A stretch of DNA of 64,000 bases from Terriglobia bacterium. GTDB taxonomy: Bacteria > Acidobacteriota > Terriglobia > JAJPHL01 > JAPKYU01. Positions 62,645 to 64,000 of the stretch are shown here, piece by piece. The stretch lies in NCBI GenBank assembly GCA_965223005.1, contig CBDCVK010000010.1, positions 224,001 to 288,000 of the forward strand, written 5' to 3'. How positions within the stretch are numbered: position 1 is the first letter of the stretch; every line of letters begins with the position of its first letter. The notes below the pieces were generated by a model. That model worked only from the letters and a program-made list of their open reading frames with translations. It was not told the origin of the DNA and did no database searches. A program made the position numbers and the translations under genes.

Positions 62645-64000
62645 TTAGATCTTGTGGGAGATGGCTTTGGCCTGGGTGAACAGCAGCAGGTAGTCGCGGC
62701 CGCCCGCCTTGGAATCGGTGCCGGACATGTTGAAGCCGCCGAAAGGGTGCGCCCCCACCATCGCCCCGGTACACTTGCGGTTGAAGTAGAGGTTGCCCAC
62801 GTGGAACAGGTCGCCGGCCTTTTCCAGCTTCTCGGGGTTGTCGGAGAAGACGGCGCCGGTCAGGCCGTATTCGGTGTCGTTGGCGATGCGCAGCGCGTCT
62901 TCGAAGTCACGGGCGCGGATCACCGCCAGCACCGGTCCGAAGATTTCCTCTTGGGCGACGTGCGACTTGGGATCCACGTCGGCGATGACGGTGGGCTGGA
63001 TGAAGTAACCCCCGCCATCGTCGGCGCCGTCGCCGGTCTTAGCGGCGCCTCCGCCGGTGACCAGCCGCCCTTCCTGCTTCCCCGTTTCAATGTAAGCAAG
63101 GATGGACTTCATGGCCGCTGCGTTGATCACTGGGCCCATGAAGCTTCCCGGATCGTCGCTAGCGCCGACGGTGATTTTCTCCACTCGCGTCTTCAGCTTC
63201 TCCAGGAAGCTGTCGTAGAGCGAATCCACCACGATGGCGCGGGAGCAGGCCGAGCACTTCTGCCCCTGGTAGCCGAAGGCGGAGGCCGTGACAGCTGCGG
63301 CGGCCTTCTCCACGTCCGTCTCGCTGTCGACAACGATGGCGTCTTTGCCGCCCATCTCGGCGACGACGCGCTTGATCCAGAACTGGCCGGGTTGATGCCG
63401 GGCTGCCCGCTGATTGATGCGCAAGCCCACCGGCTTGGAGCCGGTGAAGGTCACGAAGCGAGTGCGCGGGTGGTCAACCAGCGTGTCACCAATGAGGCTG
63501 CCGCTGCCCGGCAGGAAGTTCAGCACACCCTCTGGCAAACCGGCTTCGGTGAGGACCTCATAGAGCTTGTAGGCGATGGTCGGCGAATCGCTCGACGGTT
63601 TCAGCACCACCGTGTTGCCGGTGACAATCGCGGCGGTAGTCATGCCGGCGGCGATGGCCAGAGGAAAATTCCAGGGCGGGATGATCACGCCCACCCCCAG
63701 GGGGATGTAACGCAGCTCGTTGCGTTCACCTGGGAGGGGGGTCACCCGGCTGGGGTCGGGCAACAGCAGCCGCAGTGCCTCGCGCGCGTAGAAGTTGCAG
63801 AAGTCAATCGCTTCGGCCGTGTCTGCGTCGGCTTCCGCCCAGCTCTTGCCGACCTCAAACACCATCCAGGCCGACAACTCAAACTTGCGGCGCTGCATGA
63901 TGGCAGCCACGCGGAGCAGCCATTCTGCGCGCTGCTCGCCCGGCACCTGCTTCCAGCTTTCCAAGGCACCCTCGGCAGCCTCGATGGCCTGCCGGGCATG
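62645..64000 (-). CDS. pruA: L-glutamate gamma-semialdehyde (P5C) dehydrogenase, 5' end beyond the window
   Basis: EAIDFC, PPWNFP, FTGS, EMGGK, GQKCSACS, EEIFGP, PFGGFNMSGTDSKAGG; frame open to the window edge. Confidence 0.92.
   Translation of the reverse strand, partial: HARQAIEAAEGALESWKQVPGEQRAEWLLRVAAIMQRRKFELSAWMVFEVGKSWAEADADTAEAIDFCNFYAREALRLLLPDPSRVTPLPGERNELRYIPLGVGVIIPPWNFPLAIAAGMTTAAIVTGNTVVLKPSSDSPTIAYKLYEVLTEAGLPEGVLNFLPGSGSLIGDTLVDHPRTRFVTFTGSKPVGLRINQRAARHQPGQFWIKRVVAEMGGKDAIVVDSETDVEKAAAAVTASAFGYQGQKCSACSRAIVVDSLYDSFLEKLKTRVEKITVGASDDPGSFMGPVINAAAMKSILAYIETGKQEGRLVTGGGAAKTGDGADDGGGYFIQPTVIADVDPKSHVAQEEIFGPVLAVIRARDFEDALRIANDTEYGLTGAVFSDNPEKLEKAGDLFHVGNLYFNRKCTGAMVGAHPFGGFNMSGTDSKAGGRDYLLLFTQAKAISHKI

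Overview
A GC-rich bacterial chromosomal window, most consistent with Acidobacteriota (inference from the Oar-like TonB-dependent receptor, futalosine menaquinone genes, a Tes-like radical SAM enzyme and several Acidobacteria-type secreted hypotheticals). Core-like genes are mqnP/mqnE, copA, lolA, a cpxP-cpxRA-like module, queG, an RND efflux pair, a DegT aminotransferase and pruA. They are interspersed with an accessory, partly decayed region that starts at tRNA-Lys(TTT) and holds a TPR pseudogene, a sialidase-like protein, a zincin peptidase/ATP-grasp pair, an orphan Flp pilin, a liv-type ABC cluster and frameshifted dehydrogenases. One complete IS1182-like element with CTAG duplication is present. 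The strongest signal that the ORF track misses is a DedA-rhodanese fusion with an in-frame UGA at a Cys position (YCT-U-PNE) followed by a SECIS-like hairpin, i.e. a probable selenoprotein, which is also interrupted by a G8 tract. Other notable items are a tetraether-synthase-like radical SAM gene, a 118-bp structured direct repeat bracketing a 5-kb segment, a catalytically degenerate transketolase domain fused to a Zn-ribbon, a substrate-binding protein fused to LivH, and a sigma54 switch with three palindromic upstream sites and a Cys-cluster GAF sensor. No CRISPR array or rRNA was seen. All assignments come from motif recognition by eye; no database searches were run.
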